From an uncultured Desulfospira sp. (lineage in GTDB: Bacteria; Desulfobacterota; Desulfobacteria; Desulfobacterales; Desulfobacteraceae), in contig OY760175.1 of the NCBI GenBank assembly GCA_963663165.1, positions 5,312,001 to 5,376,000 on the forward strand: a stretch of 64,000 nucleotides of DNA. Reading direction: 5' to 3'. Under the pieces are notes generated by a model, which ran no database searches, was not told where the DNA came from, and was given only the letters and a program-made list of their open reading frames with translations. Position 1 is the stretch's first letter. Each line of letters starts with the position of its first letter. Shown in pieces: positions 10,574-20,193 of the stretch. The position numbers and the translations under genes were made by a program.

Positions 10574-10632
10574 TTTCAATATTTGTTGTGGGCGGTTCTT
10601 GGTTGGATAACCAAGACGGCCCGTGGCCGTTA
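10574..10632 (-). repeat. Dispersed repeat, copy 2 (first hairpin only)
   Basis: TTTCAATATTTGTTGTGGGCGGTTCTTGGTTGGATAACCAAGACGGCCCGTGGCCGTTA, nearly identical to the reverse complement of 28514-28572. Confidence 0.85.
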
Positions 10633-10684
10633 TTTAGATGGTTAACAAATAATCAATCCATAATCAAGCTTGCCTTTACCGGGC

Positions 10685-10988
10685 CAGGGCAATCGCATGT
10701 AACTTTCCCCACTGTTTAAGCTTACCGAATGCAATTTCAGTGCGCAGCACTGAAACTCTGTGTTTCTCTGTACCCCTCTGTGGTTAAATATAAAGAGTGG
10801 GCGAAGCCCACAATTTATAAAAACCGGGAGGTTAACGAAGAACAATTCAATCCCTTCGGGATTTCATGTTTTTAAACCACAGAGGGCACCGAGGTTTGGC
10901 TTTCGCCAAACACCACAGAGGGGCGGGCCTTGAATGCATATGTAAATAAAAATCATTAAGGATAATTTTTTTACATGCGATTGCCCTG
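10685..10988. mobile_element. 304-bp MITE with 18-bp perfect terminal inverted repeats and 9-bp target-site duplication (ISAs1-like ends)
   Basis: TIR CAGGGCAATCGCATGTAA (10685-10702) and TTACATGCGATTGCCCTG (10971-10988). TTACCGGGC flanks both sides (10676-10684, 10989-10997). No transposase inside. Confidence 0.85.
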
Positions 10989-11025
10989 TTACCGGGCCGG
11001 GAACCCATTGCGTCTTTCCCCGGCA

Positions 11026-11628
11026 TCAGGCCTGGCCAGTGGTAAATATGGACAGATAATTGTATCCAAGGTCAGTACACCCGGTTTCCCTGAATCCGCA
11101 TTCAAGGGCCAAGGCCCTGACCTCGTCCGGGGAAAGGCGCATGTGGACCGGCGGCCCAAAGGACATGTCTTCTTTTTTGCACTCCATCACGGCAAGACGC
11201 CCGCCGGGTTTCAGCACCCTGGCGGCCTCCTTGAACAGGCCTTTCCGGTGATGCTCGGAACCGAAAATATGCAGCACCGTGAATGCCATGCAAAGGTCCA
11301 TGGAATGACCCTCAACCGGCAGGGGCGGCTGGGTGATATCGGCGGTCAGGCAGCAGATCCCGGGAAGGCCGGCCGCCCGGGCGGCCGCTTTGAGGGCGTC
11401 CACAATGGGCGGCCAGTGGTCTATTGCAATGACCCGGCCGGATTCACCGGTCAAACGGGCCGCCTGAAGGGCATAGTCCCCGGCCCCGCACCCCATATCC
11501 AGGATATGCCGGCCCGGGCCGATATCCAAGATTCTGAACACCTGTTCCGGTGCCTGCATCCAGTAGCTGCTCGGCCCCTGGCCCCTTGATCCGGGATGCC
11601 CTTTGCAACGCTCTGTTTTCTTTGTCAT
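11026..11628 (-). CDS. Class I SAM-dependent methyltransferase (UbiE-like)
   Basis: [31 protein letters not shown]. Confidence 0.85.
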   Translation of the reverse strand: MTKKTERCKGHPGSRGQGPSSYWMQAPEQVFRILDIGPGRHILDMGCGAGDYALQAARLTGESGRVIAIDHWPPIVDALKAAARAAGLPGICCLTADITQPPLPVEGHSMDLCMAFTVLHIFGSEHHRKGLFKEAARVLKPGGRLAVMECKKEDMSFGPPVHMRLSPDEVRALALECGFRETGCTDLGYNYLSIFTTGQA

Positions 11629-11809
11629 CTATCGTCTTCCTTTCAACACCTGATAGGACGGCCGGTTTGGCACCGGTTTGTCTTCAGGCCCATTTGACCG
11701 CATTAATGTATTGCTTATCCTCTCCAATATACCATTATTCCCCCGGATTCTGCCCTGAGGCCATTTTATTTTGCCCCGGGGGAAAAATGCCCTCTTTTTT
11801 TATATTCTC

Positions 11810-11923
11810 ACGCAAAGGCGCTAAGGCGCAAAGAATACATTGCCCAAGGGAAGTTAAGCTTTGCGCCGTTGCGCCTTTGAGAGAGTTTTTTTTGTGGTGG
11901 TCAAGTTACATGCGGTTGCCCTG
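11810..11923. repeat. Palindromic repeat plus solo MITE end
   Basis: CGCAAAGGCGCTAAGGCGCAAAG...CTTTGCGCCGTTGCGCCTTTG, then TTACATGCGGTTGCCCTG at 11906-11923 (one mismatch to the MITE TIR). Confidence 0.65.
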
Positions 11924-12055
11924 AAATTCACCGGTATCCCGCCCGGGGTAAAAAGAAGTCCACCCGGGGTAGAATGAAAATTTTAGGCAGGCTATCTCTT
12001 TTACCATAAAACTTTGTTTCCCGGGCCGAATGGACCGGCAGTGAAAGGAGAACCA

Positions 12056-15000
12056 ATGCTTGCATTTGGAATTGATATGGGATCCGCAGCCGTTAAAACC
12101 GCTGTGATAGATAATAAAAATCAGGTGGTTTTGGCAGACTATGTCCGGCACCATGGGGATATCCGGGGGGTGGCAAATTCCCGGCTGAAATTATTAGACG
12201 AAACATTCGGGGCCGAAAACCTGTGCTTTGGTGCGGTCACGGGCAGCGGCCAGGACCTTATGCCCGACCGGATTAAGCCGGTGAATGAAGTGGCCGCCGT
12301 GGCGGCCGCGGCCCGGGCCGTGTCTGAACAGGCCGCCTCTGTGGTGGAAATCGGGGCCCAGACCGCCAAATACATCATTGGTTTGAACGGCCATGGCCGG
12401 GGAATCCGGGTGGCCATGAATGCCAGTTGTGCCTCCGGCACCGGGGCGTTTTTAGAGGAACAGGTGTCCCGGCTGAACCTGGACCTGGAAGACTTTTCAG
12501 GCTTTGCTGCCGCGGCCAAATCCGTTCCCAGGATCGCCGGCCGGTGCGGCGTGTTTGCCAAGACCGATATCACCCACCACCAGCAGGAAGGGGTCCCGGT
12601 AGAAGACATCCTTTTAGGCCTTGCCCATGCCCTGGTCAGGAATTTCAGGGTCAGTGTGATGAAGAAGCTGCCCATGGCCCTGCCCATTCTTTTTGCCGGC
12701 GGGGTGGCCCGTAACCAGGGGATCGTCCGGGCCTTCAGGGATGTGCTGAACCTTGGAAATGACGATCTCATCGTCCCGGAACACGCCGGGGTCATGGGGG
12801 CCGCCGGTGCGGCCATGATTGCCCTCAAGGAAGGGCACGAAACCAGCCTCCTGTCTTCCGGAAACCCCATGTACGGGACCAGCCAACGGCCTGCCTCAAA
12901 AAGTTTCAGCCTCCCGCCCCTGATTTCCTTTGGCTGGGACGACAGCTCCGGCAAACATGACATTCCGGTTGCCTCTGCCCCGGAAAACGGCGTTTACCTT
13001 GGCATTGACGTGGGTTCCACCAGCATTAACCTTGTCCTTACCGATCCGGCGGGCCGGGTGGTGGATTTCCTTTATTTAAGGACCCGGGGGGTACCCGCAG
13101 CGGTTGTCGATCACGGGATCAGGGAATTAAAATCAGTTCACGGCAATGCCATGAACATTCTCGGCACCGGGGTGACCGGGTCCGGCCGTTACCTGATCGG
13201 AAAACGGGTGGGTGCCGACATTGTAAAAGATGAAATCACGGCCCAGGCAACCGCAGCCATGGCCCTTTACCCTGATGTGGACACGGTATTTGAAATCGGG
13301 GGCCAGGATTCCAAATTCATCCGGATTCAGGACGGCCAGGTGACGGATTTCCAGATGAACAAGGTCTGCGCTGCGGGAACCGGCTCTTTTATTGAGGAAC
13401 AGTCTTTAAAACTGGGCATTCCCATTGACGATTTCGGCGCCATTGCCTTGAACAGCAACCATCCCATTGACCTTGGCCAGCGGTGCGCCGTGTTCATGGA
13501 AGCCACCCTGGCAGGGCATCTGGCCCGGGGTGCTGAAAAAAAAGATCTGGCCGCCGGCCTTTGCTATGCCGTGGTGAAAAATTACCTAAACCGGGTGGTG
13601 GGCGCCAAAAAAATCGGCAGCCGCATCCTGTTCCAGGGCGGTCTTGGCCATAACCAGGGGGTGGTCAATGCCTTCAGGGCCGTTCTGGGCAAAAAACTGG
13701 AGGTACCGGAATTTTTCAGCGTCACCGGCGCCTTAGGGGCAGCCCTTCTGGCCAAAGAGGCCGGGGAGAATCAGAAAGAGGATCAAACGGCCCGGTCCCG
13801 GGATTGCCGGCCAAAGCAGAATCCGGATACACCGGTGGAAAACCGGTATGCCACCCATGTTCAGGACCTGGTATTTGAAGGTTACACCGGAACCCTTGAC
13901 CCGGATAAAGAGATCGTTGGCCTTCCCCGGGCCTTGTTCACCTTTGGCATGTTTTCCATGTTTTACACCTTTTTTAAGGCCCTGGGATTCAATGTCCTTT
14001 TGTCACCGCCCTCTGATGAACAGACCATTGCACTTTGCCAGGAACACTCCCTGGACGAGACCTGCTTTCCGGTCAAGCTGGTCAACGGCCACATGGCATG
14101 GCTGATATCCCGGAATGTGGATTATATTTTTTTCCCGGACCTGTATACGGTTCACCACCCGAGGTCAAAGTCCCGGCAGAATTTCGGGTGCGCCTATATG
14201 CAGCTTGCCTTTAAGCTGATGAACCAGGCCATGGACCTTGAAAAAAGCGGCATTACCCTGCTTTGTCCCACCATTGCCTTTAGCTTAGGCCCCCAGTTTA
14301 TGAGTGATAGCTTTACCGCCTTAGGCCAACGCCTTGGCAGGACAAAGGAGCAGACCATGGCGGCCCTTGGAAAATCCATGGCAGCTTTTCAGCAATTTGA
14401 AAAACGGCTGGCAGACCATGGGAAAGCGGTCATAAAAAATCTGGACCCGGATGAAAAGGCCTTTGTGCTGATTTCCAAAATTTACGGGGTGGCCGACCCG
14501 GTACTTAACCTTGGCATCCCGGACCGGCTGGCTGAAATGGGGTATAAAACCATTTCCTTTTTTGACCTGCCCGAAGGCGATATTTTCCAGGAGCATCCCA
14601 ACATGTACTGGCCCTTTACCCAGCACATCCTGGATCCCGCCTATCTGATCAGAGAACATCCCAACCTGTTTGCCGTTTTGTTGACCCATCACGGGTGCGG
14701 GCCGGATTCGGTGGCTTCCCATTTTTTTGCTCAAATCATGGCTGACAAGCCGTTTTTGTCCATCGAAGTGGATGAACACGCCTCAAGGGTAGGGGTCATG
14801 ACCCGGTTAGAGGCATTTGTGGACCGGATTTCCCATATTCCGGTTCACAGGGCTGAACCAATTGAGGCCTATGAAAAGAAAGTGGTTCACACCCCCGTGA
14901 ACATGGTCCAAACCCTGAAAGCGCTTCCTGCCGGAACCAGGCTTTTTCTTCCCCACCTTCCCTTTTATTCTCCCATTCTCAGGGAAATCCTGGCCCGGCA

Positions 15001-16000
15001 GGGTATATCTGCCGGGCTCCTGCCCATGAGTGGCGAAAGTGCGTTGAACCGGGGACGGTGCCACACAACCGCCAATGAATATTTTTCCCTGACCGCCCTT
15101 TTGGGGGATATCCTTGAAAGCCTTGACCATGACCCGGACCCGGAAACTGCGGCATTTCTCATCCCCCAGACCGAAGGGGCCGAGGTGGATGGACAGTACA
15201 GCCGCTTTATCCGGACCAAGCTGGACCAGGAAGGATTTAAGGGAATACACCTGGTCTCCCCGTTTTTAGAAGACGGCATTGCCGGGGACCCGGATGTCCT
15301 GAATCTCTTTTTTTCAGGCATCCTTTCCGCCGACCTGATCTGGCTGGCCCCGCCCCGGCACCGCCAGGCCCATCTATCCTTTGTTTTAGACCTGATCCAA
15401 AAAGATGAACTCACCCCGGATAACCTTATCATCCTTGCCGCAATTATCCGTAAAAATATCAAGGCCCTGGACTTTAAAAGCCGGATTTTTGCAATCGGCG
15501 ATCCCCTGGTGCTGTTTAACGATTTTTTAACAGACCGCCATTTTTCGTGGCTTGAATCCCGGGGCCACCGGGTGGTTTATGCCCCGATGAGCGAATCCCT
15601 GGCAATGGTGTGGAAAGACTGGGCCGAACAAAACGGAAAAGAAAAGGGCCCGGGACTGATAGAACGGGTCCGGGGTCTGTGGGGCCTGATCCGGAATGTA
15701 GATGAGCATCTTTCCGGTGCCGGACTGTTTTCAAAGGACCCGGGCCGTTTGGCCAGGTCTGCCCATGCTGCCTTGGGATATTACGCCGGGGCCAACGGCC
15801 GGTACCGGATAGGCAAATGCCTGGACGTAAACCCTGAAGTCAACGGTATTATCGCGGTATCACCCATGTATGAGAACACGGGCATTTCCCTGAACGCCCT
15901 TAGCCGGAAGCTGAAATTTCCCATGCTCAACCTCACCCTTGACGGCAACCCGAACGCGTCGGACAAAACCCGGCTGGAGGCGTTTTTGTATTATCTGTAA
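12056..16000 (+). CDS. Acyl-CoA dehydratase activase family protein (two BadF/BadG/BcrA/D ATPase domains plus DUF2229-type region)
   Basis: GIDMGS and GIDVGSTS, CASGTG and CAAGTGSF, EIGGQDSK, TCFPVK, HGCGPDS, EVDEH. AGGAG precedes ATG 12056. Confidence 0.9.
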   Translation: MLAFGIDMGSAAVKTAVIDNKNQVVLADYVRHHGDIRGVANSRLKLLDETFGAENLCFGAVTGSGQDLMPDRIKPVNEVAAVAAAARAVSEQAASVVEIGAQTAKYIIGLNGHGRGIRVAMNASCASGTGAFLEEQVSRLNLDLEDFSGFAAAAKSVPRIAGRCGVFAKTDITHHQQEGVPVEDILLGLAHALVRNFRVSVMKKLPMALPILFAGGVARNQGIVRAFRDVLNLGNDDLIVPEHAGVMGAAGAAMIALKEGHETSLLSSGNPMYGTSQRPASKSFSLPPLISFGWDDSSGKHDIPVASAPENGVYLGIDVGSTSINLVLTDPAGRVVDFLYLRTRGVPAAVVDHGIRELKSVHGNAMNILGTGVTGSGRYLIGKRVGADIVKDEITAQATAAMALYPDVDTVFEIGGQDSKFIRIQDGQVTDFQMNKVCAAGTGSFIEEQSLKLGIPIDDFGAIALNSNHPIDLGQRCAVFMEATLAGHLARGAEKKDLAAGLCYAVVKNYLNRVVGAKKIGSRILFQGGLGHNQGVVNAFRAVLGKKLEVPEFFSVTGALGAALLAKEAGENQKEDQTARSRDCRPKQNPDTPVENRYATHVQDLVFEGYTGTLDPDKEIVGLPRALFTFGMFSMFYTFFKALGFNVLLSPPSDEQTIALCQEHSLDETCFPVKLVNGHMAWLISRNVDYIFFPDLYTVHHPRSKSRQNFGCAYMQLAFKLMNQAMDLEKSGITLLCPTIAFSLGPQFMSDSFTALGQRLGRTKEQTMAALGKSMAAFQQFEKRLADHGKAVIKNLDPDEKAFVLISKIYGVADPVLNLGIPDRLAEMGYKTISFFDLPEGDIFQEHPNMYWPFTQHILDPAYLIREHPNLFAVLLTHHGCGPDSVASHFFAQIMADKPFLSIEVDEHASRVGVMTRLEAFVDRISHIPVHRAEPIEAYEKKVVHTPVNMVQTLKALPAGTRLFLPHLPFYSPILREILARQGISAGLLPMSGESALNRGRCHTTANEYFSLTALLGDILESLDHDPDPETAAFLIPQTEGAEVDGQYSRFIRTKLDQEGFKGIHLVSPFLEDGIAGDPDVLNLFFSGILSADLIWLAPPRHRQAHLSFVLDLIQKDELTPDNLIILAAIIRKNIKALDFKSRIFAIGDPLVLFNDFLTDRHFSWLESRGHRVVYAPMSESLAMVWKDWAEQNGKEKGPGLIERVRGLWGLIRNVDEHLSGAGLFSKDPGRLARSAHAALGYYAGANGRYRIGKCLDVNPEVNGIIAVSPMYENTGISLNALSRKLKFPMLNLTLDGNPNASDKTRLEAFLYYL

Positions 16001-16112
16001 CTGCCAATAGGGACATGGGATATGGGGAAGGAGTTGCCGGGTTCTGCCCAAGTCCCAAGTCTCAGGTCCCAAGTCCCATATCCCTTATTAAACAACAAAG
16101 GAGAAGTACATT

Positions 16113-16838
16113 ATGAATTCAGAAGAAATGGAACAGCTGAAAATAAATCCCAGGCATAATTTTGACCGGGCCATCCGGGAAAAGGACGTTGCCGCCTGCC
16201 TGGTCAAGACCGCTGAAATCCACGGCCATTACTGCCCGGGAAGCGCATTCGGCGTCATGGCAACGCTTATGGGATTGGAAATCCTGGGCGGAGATACCTC
16301 CCAGGGCATGGAGGACCTCATGTCCATCGTGGAGATCAACGCCTGCTTTGCCGACGGAATCCAGGCGGTGTCCGGATGTACCCTGGGCAACAATGCCCTG
16401 GTCTTCCGGGACCTTGGAAAGATGGCCGTCACCTTTGCCCGGCGAAAGGCGCAAACCGGGGTCAGGGTGAAGATCAAGGGCCAGATCCGGGACCATGTGG
16501 ACCGGGTCCTTCCCGAATTTTTCCCCCTCATGGAAAAGGTGATCATGGCCAGACAAGGGGGGCCTGAAGATGAGAAACAGTTCAGGGAAAAGGGACGGCA
16601 GGCGGCCTTTGCCCTGATTGCCCATCCCTTTGACACCTATTTTGAGGTCAGGACCGTCAAGGCTGAGCTGCCGCCCTATGCGCCCATTGTCGAAAGCCTT
16701 GTCTGTCCGGGATGCGGTGAGACCATCATGGTCACCAAAGCCATCCGGGAAGGGCAGAAAAAAGGATATTGCAGAATCTGCGCCGGGGAGGAGATCCCCG
16801 GGGTGGATGGCCGGGGAATCGGTTTTGAAGTTCTTTAG
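16113..16838 (+). CDS. FmdE (formylmethanofuran dehydrogenase subunit E) family protein
   Basis: HGHYCPG, E.NACFADGIQAVSGCTLGN, C-terminal CxxC...CxxC zinc finger. Confidence 0.9.
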   Translation: MNSEEMEQLKINPRHNFDRAIREKDVAACLVKTAEIHGHYCPGSAFGVMATLMGLEILGGDTSQGMEDLMSIVEINACFADGIQAVSGCTLGNNALVFRDLGKMAVTFARRKAQTGVRVKIKGQIRDHVDRVLPEFFPLMEKVIMARQGGPEDEKQFREKGRQAAFALIAHPFDTYFEVRTVKAELPPYAPIVESLVCPGCGETIMVTKAIREGQKKGYCRICAGEEIPGVDGRGIGFEVL

Positions 16839-17108
16839 GGCCGGCCTTAAGGGGTGGCACTCAAGGGGCTTATAATGACACCACGAAGGTGTCCTTTCTC
16901 ACCCCGCGCCGGCCCTGAAGACCCTTTTGTCTGTTTAAACATTAACCCATAACATCGCATTTTTTACCGGAAAGATCTTCATTGTCACCCCATTTCCGGG
17001 TCAGTCAAAAACCAGCCATGAAGGCGTTCAGACACTAAATAATAATACTGATGAGTATGGTTATCTTGACAGGGCCGGGCCGCTGCTGTATCTTTCATAC
17101 TGTCGAGT

Positions 17109-18290
17109 ATGATCGTTTCAGATAACATGATAACATCAGGAAAAAATATGAATCAATTTCAAAGTTATAAAAGCAACCCGATGTACGGATACCTGGTACT
17201 GCTGGTTTCGGCATCTGCATTCGGGTTCCAGGGATGGCAGACCCTGTTCAACAATTTTGCCGTGGACACCATCGGGCTTAATTCCGTTCATGTCGGGGTG
17301 ATCCAGTCGGTAAAGGAAGTACCGGGTTTTCTGACTTTTTTTGCCGTTTTTATTTTGCTGGCCATTGCCGAACACCGTTTTGCGGCATTGGCCGTTGTCA
17401 TCCTGGGCATTGGCAGTGTCCTGGCCGGGATGTTCCCGTCCTTTGGCGGACTGCTGCTCACCACCCTGACCTTGTCCCTCGGGTTCCATTATTTTGAAAC
17501 CTGCAACCAGTCCCTTGCCCTGCAATACTTTGCCGGAGACCGGGTTCCCCTGGTCCTGGCACGGCTGAAAAGTTACACAGCCCTGGCAAACGTGACCGTG
17601 GGGGTCTTGATCTGGTTTGCGGCAGGTGTCCTGCCCATCCATCAGCTTTTTTTTATCATCGGGGGCGTTGTCATCCTTGCAGGGCTTTATTCTTTCACCA
17701 GAAAACCGGTGGACAAGACCCTGCCGCCCCAGCATAAAAAACTGGTATTAAAGAAAAAATACTGGCTGTTTTATACCCTGAACCTGCTCAGCGGCGCCCG
17801 CCGGCAGATTTTTATGGTCTTTTCCGTATTCCTGCTGGTCCAGAAATACCACTTTTCAGTAGGCTATATCACCGCACTGTTTGTGGCGAACAACATCATG
17901 ACTTATTTTTTAAGCCCCCTGGTCGGAAAGGCCATTAACCGTTACGGCGAGCGCACCATGCTGACTGTGGAGTATACAGGGCTGTTTGTTGTGTTCATGG
18001 GCTATGCCCTGGTGGAAAATCCCTATTTTGCCACAGGGATGTATCTGGTTGACAATCTGTTTTTCAGTTTTGTGATTGCCATTAACTCTTTTTTTAGAAA
18101 ATATGCCGATCCAAAGGATATTGCCCCGTCCATGTCCGTGGGGTTCACCATTAACCATCTGACCGCGGTGATTCTCCCGGTTGCCGGCGGCCTTTTGTGG
18201 ACCATTAACTGGCGCATTCCGTTTTTCAGTTCAGCCCTGCTGGCACTGATTTCCCTGTTTTTTGCTCAGATGGTTAAAACAGACCGGTAA
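17109..18290 (+). CDS. MFS transporter
   Basis: About 12 hydrophobic segments and a GKAINRYGER loop motif. Exact start uncertain. Confidence 0.85.
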   Translation: MIVSDNMITSGKNMNQFQSYKSNPMYGYLVLLVSASAFGFQGWQTLFNNFAVDTIGLNSVHVGVIQSVKEVPGFLTFFAVFILLAIAEHRFAALAVVILGIGSVLAGMFPSFGGLLLTTLTLSLGFHYFETCNQSLALQYFAGDRVPLVLARLKSYTALANVTVGVLIWFAAGVLPIHQLFFIIGGVVILAGLYSFTRKPVDKTLPPQHKKLVLKKKYWLFYTLNLLSGARRQIFMVFSVFLLVQKYHFSVGYITALFVANNIMTYFLSPLVGKAINRYGERTMLTVEYTGLFVVFMGYALVENPYFATGMYLVDNLFFSFVIAINSFFRKYADPKDIAPSMSVGFTINHLTAVILPVAGGLLWTINWRIPFFSSALLALISLFFAQMVKTDR

Positions 18291-18304
18291 ATGGGATGTC
18301 CCTT

Positions 18305-18907
18305 TTATGGTTCCCCTTTTTCTATCTCCAATGATTTAAAGAGTACTTTAACGGCTTTGTGGGCATGCGCTTTGATTTGATCTTGGGACGGAGGATCCAG
18401 GCCGGCCAGTACAGGCATTCGCAGGGAATGAAGAATGGCAAGGAAAAAACCGATCTCGTCATCAACACCCGTGATGTTGAAGCGTTCCTTGAAAAACTGT
18501 GACAGCCGGTCTCTTGTGCGCCTGGGGCCTATGGCATAAAATGCCCGGGTTATTTCCGGCACCCTGGGGCCTTCGGATACCAGCAGGCGGATATTGGCCA
18601 GATGTTTCCGGGACAGGTGTTTTTCGGTAAACCTGACCGCAAAGGTCTCTAAGGCCTGAACCGGGTCCCGAAGATCAAGGGCTGCCAGAAAATCACTGCT
18701 CGGCTCCAGCCGCTGGGCTTTCAGGGCCGCAGTGAAAAGCGCCTCCTTGGAATCAAAATACCGGTATACCGTTTGCTTGGTGACATTGGCCCGTTTGGCA
18801 ATGTTATCCATGCTGGTGTTGATGAAACCGTTGGTTTGAAACAGGTCGAGAGCCTCTTTAAGGATACGCTCCAGTGTTTGTCTTTTTTTTTGTTCTATTC
18901 TGGCCAT
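18305..18907 (-). CDS. TetR/AcrR family regulator
   Basis: LF..GFINTSMDNIAKRANVTKQTVYRYFDSKEALF. Confidence 0.9.
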   Translation of the reverse strand: MARIEQKKRQTLERILKEALDLFQTNGFINTSMDNIAKRANVTKQTVYRYFDSKEALFTAALKAQRLEPSSDFLAALDLRDPVQALETFAVRFTEKHLSRKHLANIRLLVSEGPRVPEITRAFYAIGPRRTRDRLSQFFKERFNITGVDDEIGFFLAILHSLRMPVLAGLDPPSQDQIKAHAHKAVKVLFKSLEIEKGEP

Positions 18908-18982
18908 GTGCCGTCCGGATCCCCACGTGCAGTTAAAAAATAGCAGGTGATGGCAACCATATAACCATGCCATCAGTTACGG

Positions 18983-20053
18983 TTAATCTTCGGGAGCGCC
19001 CAGTTTGGAAGCCATGTCGTTTATATCCAGCAGGTCGTTTTCCACTGTGGAAATGGTGGCCTCTTCAAGGTCCAGATTCTTGGCCGCTTCCAGGGCAACA
19101 ATAATTTCTCCGCCCACCCCCTGCATGGCAAGATTCCGCAATCGTTCACCTTCGGCTTCGGACTGTTTTACCAGCAGATGTCCTTCCGCGTCTTTTTTGG
19201 CTTCATAGACATCGGCATCCGCTTTTTTTTCAGTGGCATATTTTTCCGAATCGGCTCTAATGGCCGCAATGGTCAAGTCGGTTTCCGCTTTCATCCGGAC
19301 CAGTTCGGCATCTTTTTCTTCCTGGATGATCTTGATAAGCCGTTTGGTTTCCGCACCGATTACATCTGTTTTGCCCTGCATCTCCCTTGCCCGCTGCAGG
19401 GATTTATTCACCTCAACTTCCTGGTCGGCCAGTTTCTTGGTTTGAATTTTGCGTTCATATTCCGGGTCGAACTGAACATCACGAATCAGCAAGTCAAGTA
19501 CTTCGACATAGTTATCTTTTAACGATTCCTGTAGGGCTTGCAACGCTGTCTGAGCCACAGCCCTGCGCACATGGGGGTTATAAAAGTCTTCTGTTTTCAT
19601 CCCCCCGAACTGGGCGATACAGGTCTTTTCCGCCTCGTTTCTCACAATTGTTTTGTAACGGTTTCCGCTTCCCGTATCCACATACAGCTTATGGGCCATA
19701 CCCGGCTTTATTCTGTACTTTAAGGTCACATCCACAGATACGGCGTAACCGTCGGCCGATTGCACCTGGACGTCATCCCGTCCTTTTCTGTCCCCTTTTT
19801 GGGGATCCCGCGTCATTTCCAGGGTCTGGGCGGTGCTGTCAAAAAACTGCCAGGTATCGACGGGCCAGACAGCCCTGTGCCACCCCGGGCCAAAGTCTTG
19901 TTGAACCACCCCTTTGCTTCCGATCAGGGCATACTCCTGGGTGCGCACCCCGACAATACCCACCGGAATGTGGGTGACCGTTAACGTCAGTATAAAATAA
20001 GAGCCAATGGCGGCAACAATAATCACAATGCTGACCAGTTTTATGTGCTTCAT
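18983..20053 (-). CDS. SPFH/band-7 (prohibitin/HflC-like) membrane protein
   Basis: N-terminal TM, SADGYAVSVDVTLKYRI, Ala/Glu coiled-coil tail. Confidence 0.85.
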   Translation of the reverse strand: MKHIKLVSIVIIVAAIGSYFILTLTVTHIPVGIVGVRTQEYALIGSKGVVQQDFGPGWHRAVWPVDTWQFFDSTAQTLEMTRDPQKGDRKGRDDVQVQSADGYAVSVDVTLKYRIKPGMAHKLYVDTGSGNRYKTIVRNEAEKTCIAQFGGMKTEDFYNPHVRRAVAQTALQALQESLKDNYVEVLDLLIRDVQFDPEYERKIQTKKLADQEVEVNKSLQRAREMQGKTDVIGAETKRLIKIIQEEKDAELVRMKAETDLTIAAIRADSEKYATEKKADADVYEAKKDAEGHLLVKQSEAEGERLRNLAMQGVGGEIIVALEAAKNLDLEEATISTVENDLLDINDMASKLGAPED

Positions 20054-20098
20054 GTGATCTCCTCACATTTTGTTTTTTAATAGGTTTGTGTTAACCGG

Positions 20099-20193
20099 TT
20101 TTATATGAAAGTCTTACTAACATATTGAAAAGATTTTCATTTTTCGTTGCGAGCGGTTCTTGGTTGGATACCCAAGGCGGTCTGCGGCCGTTA
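20099..20193 (-). repeat. Dispersed ~95-bp repeat, copy 3
   Basis: Same family as 10399-10493. Its terminal TAAC supplies the stop codon of the upstream SPFH gene. Confidence 0.85.

Noticed and set aside
10399..10632. Tandem copies of the hairpin repeat as a CRISPR array or integron attC sites
   Set aside because: Only two unequal adjacent copies with no regular spacers and no cas or integrase gene. The ends do not form the RYYYAAC...GTTRRRY pair.
16838..16915. Long GC-rich hairpin after fmdE as SRP RNA or another ncRNA
   Set aside because: Lacks the SRP conserved loop and any motif I recognise. More simply a terminator or stability hairpin.
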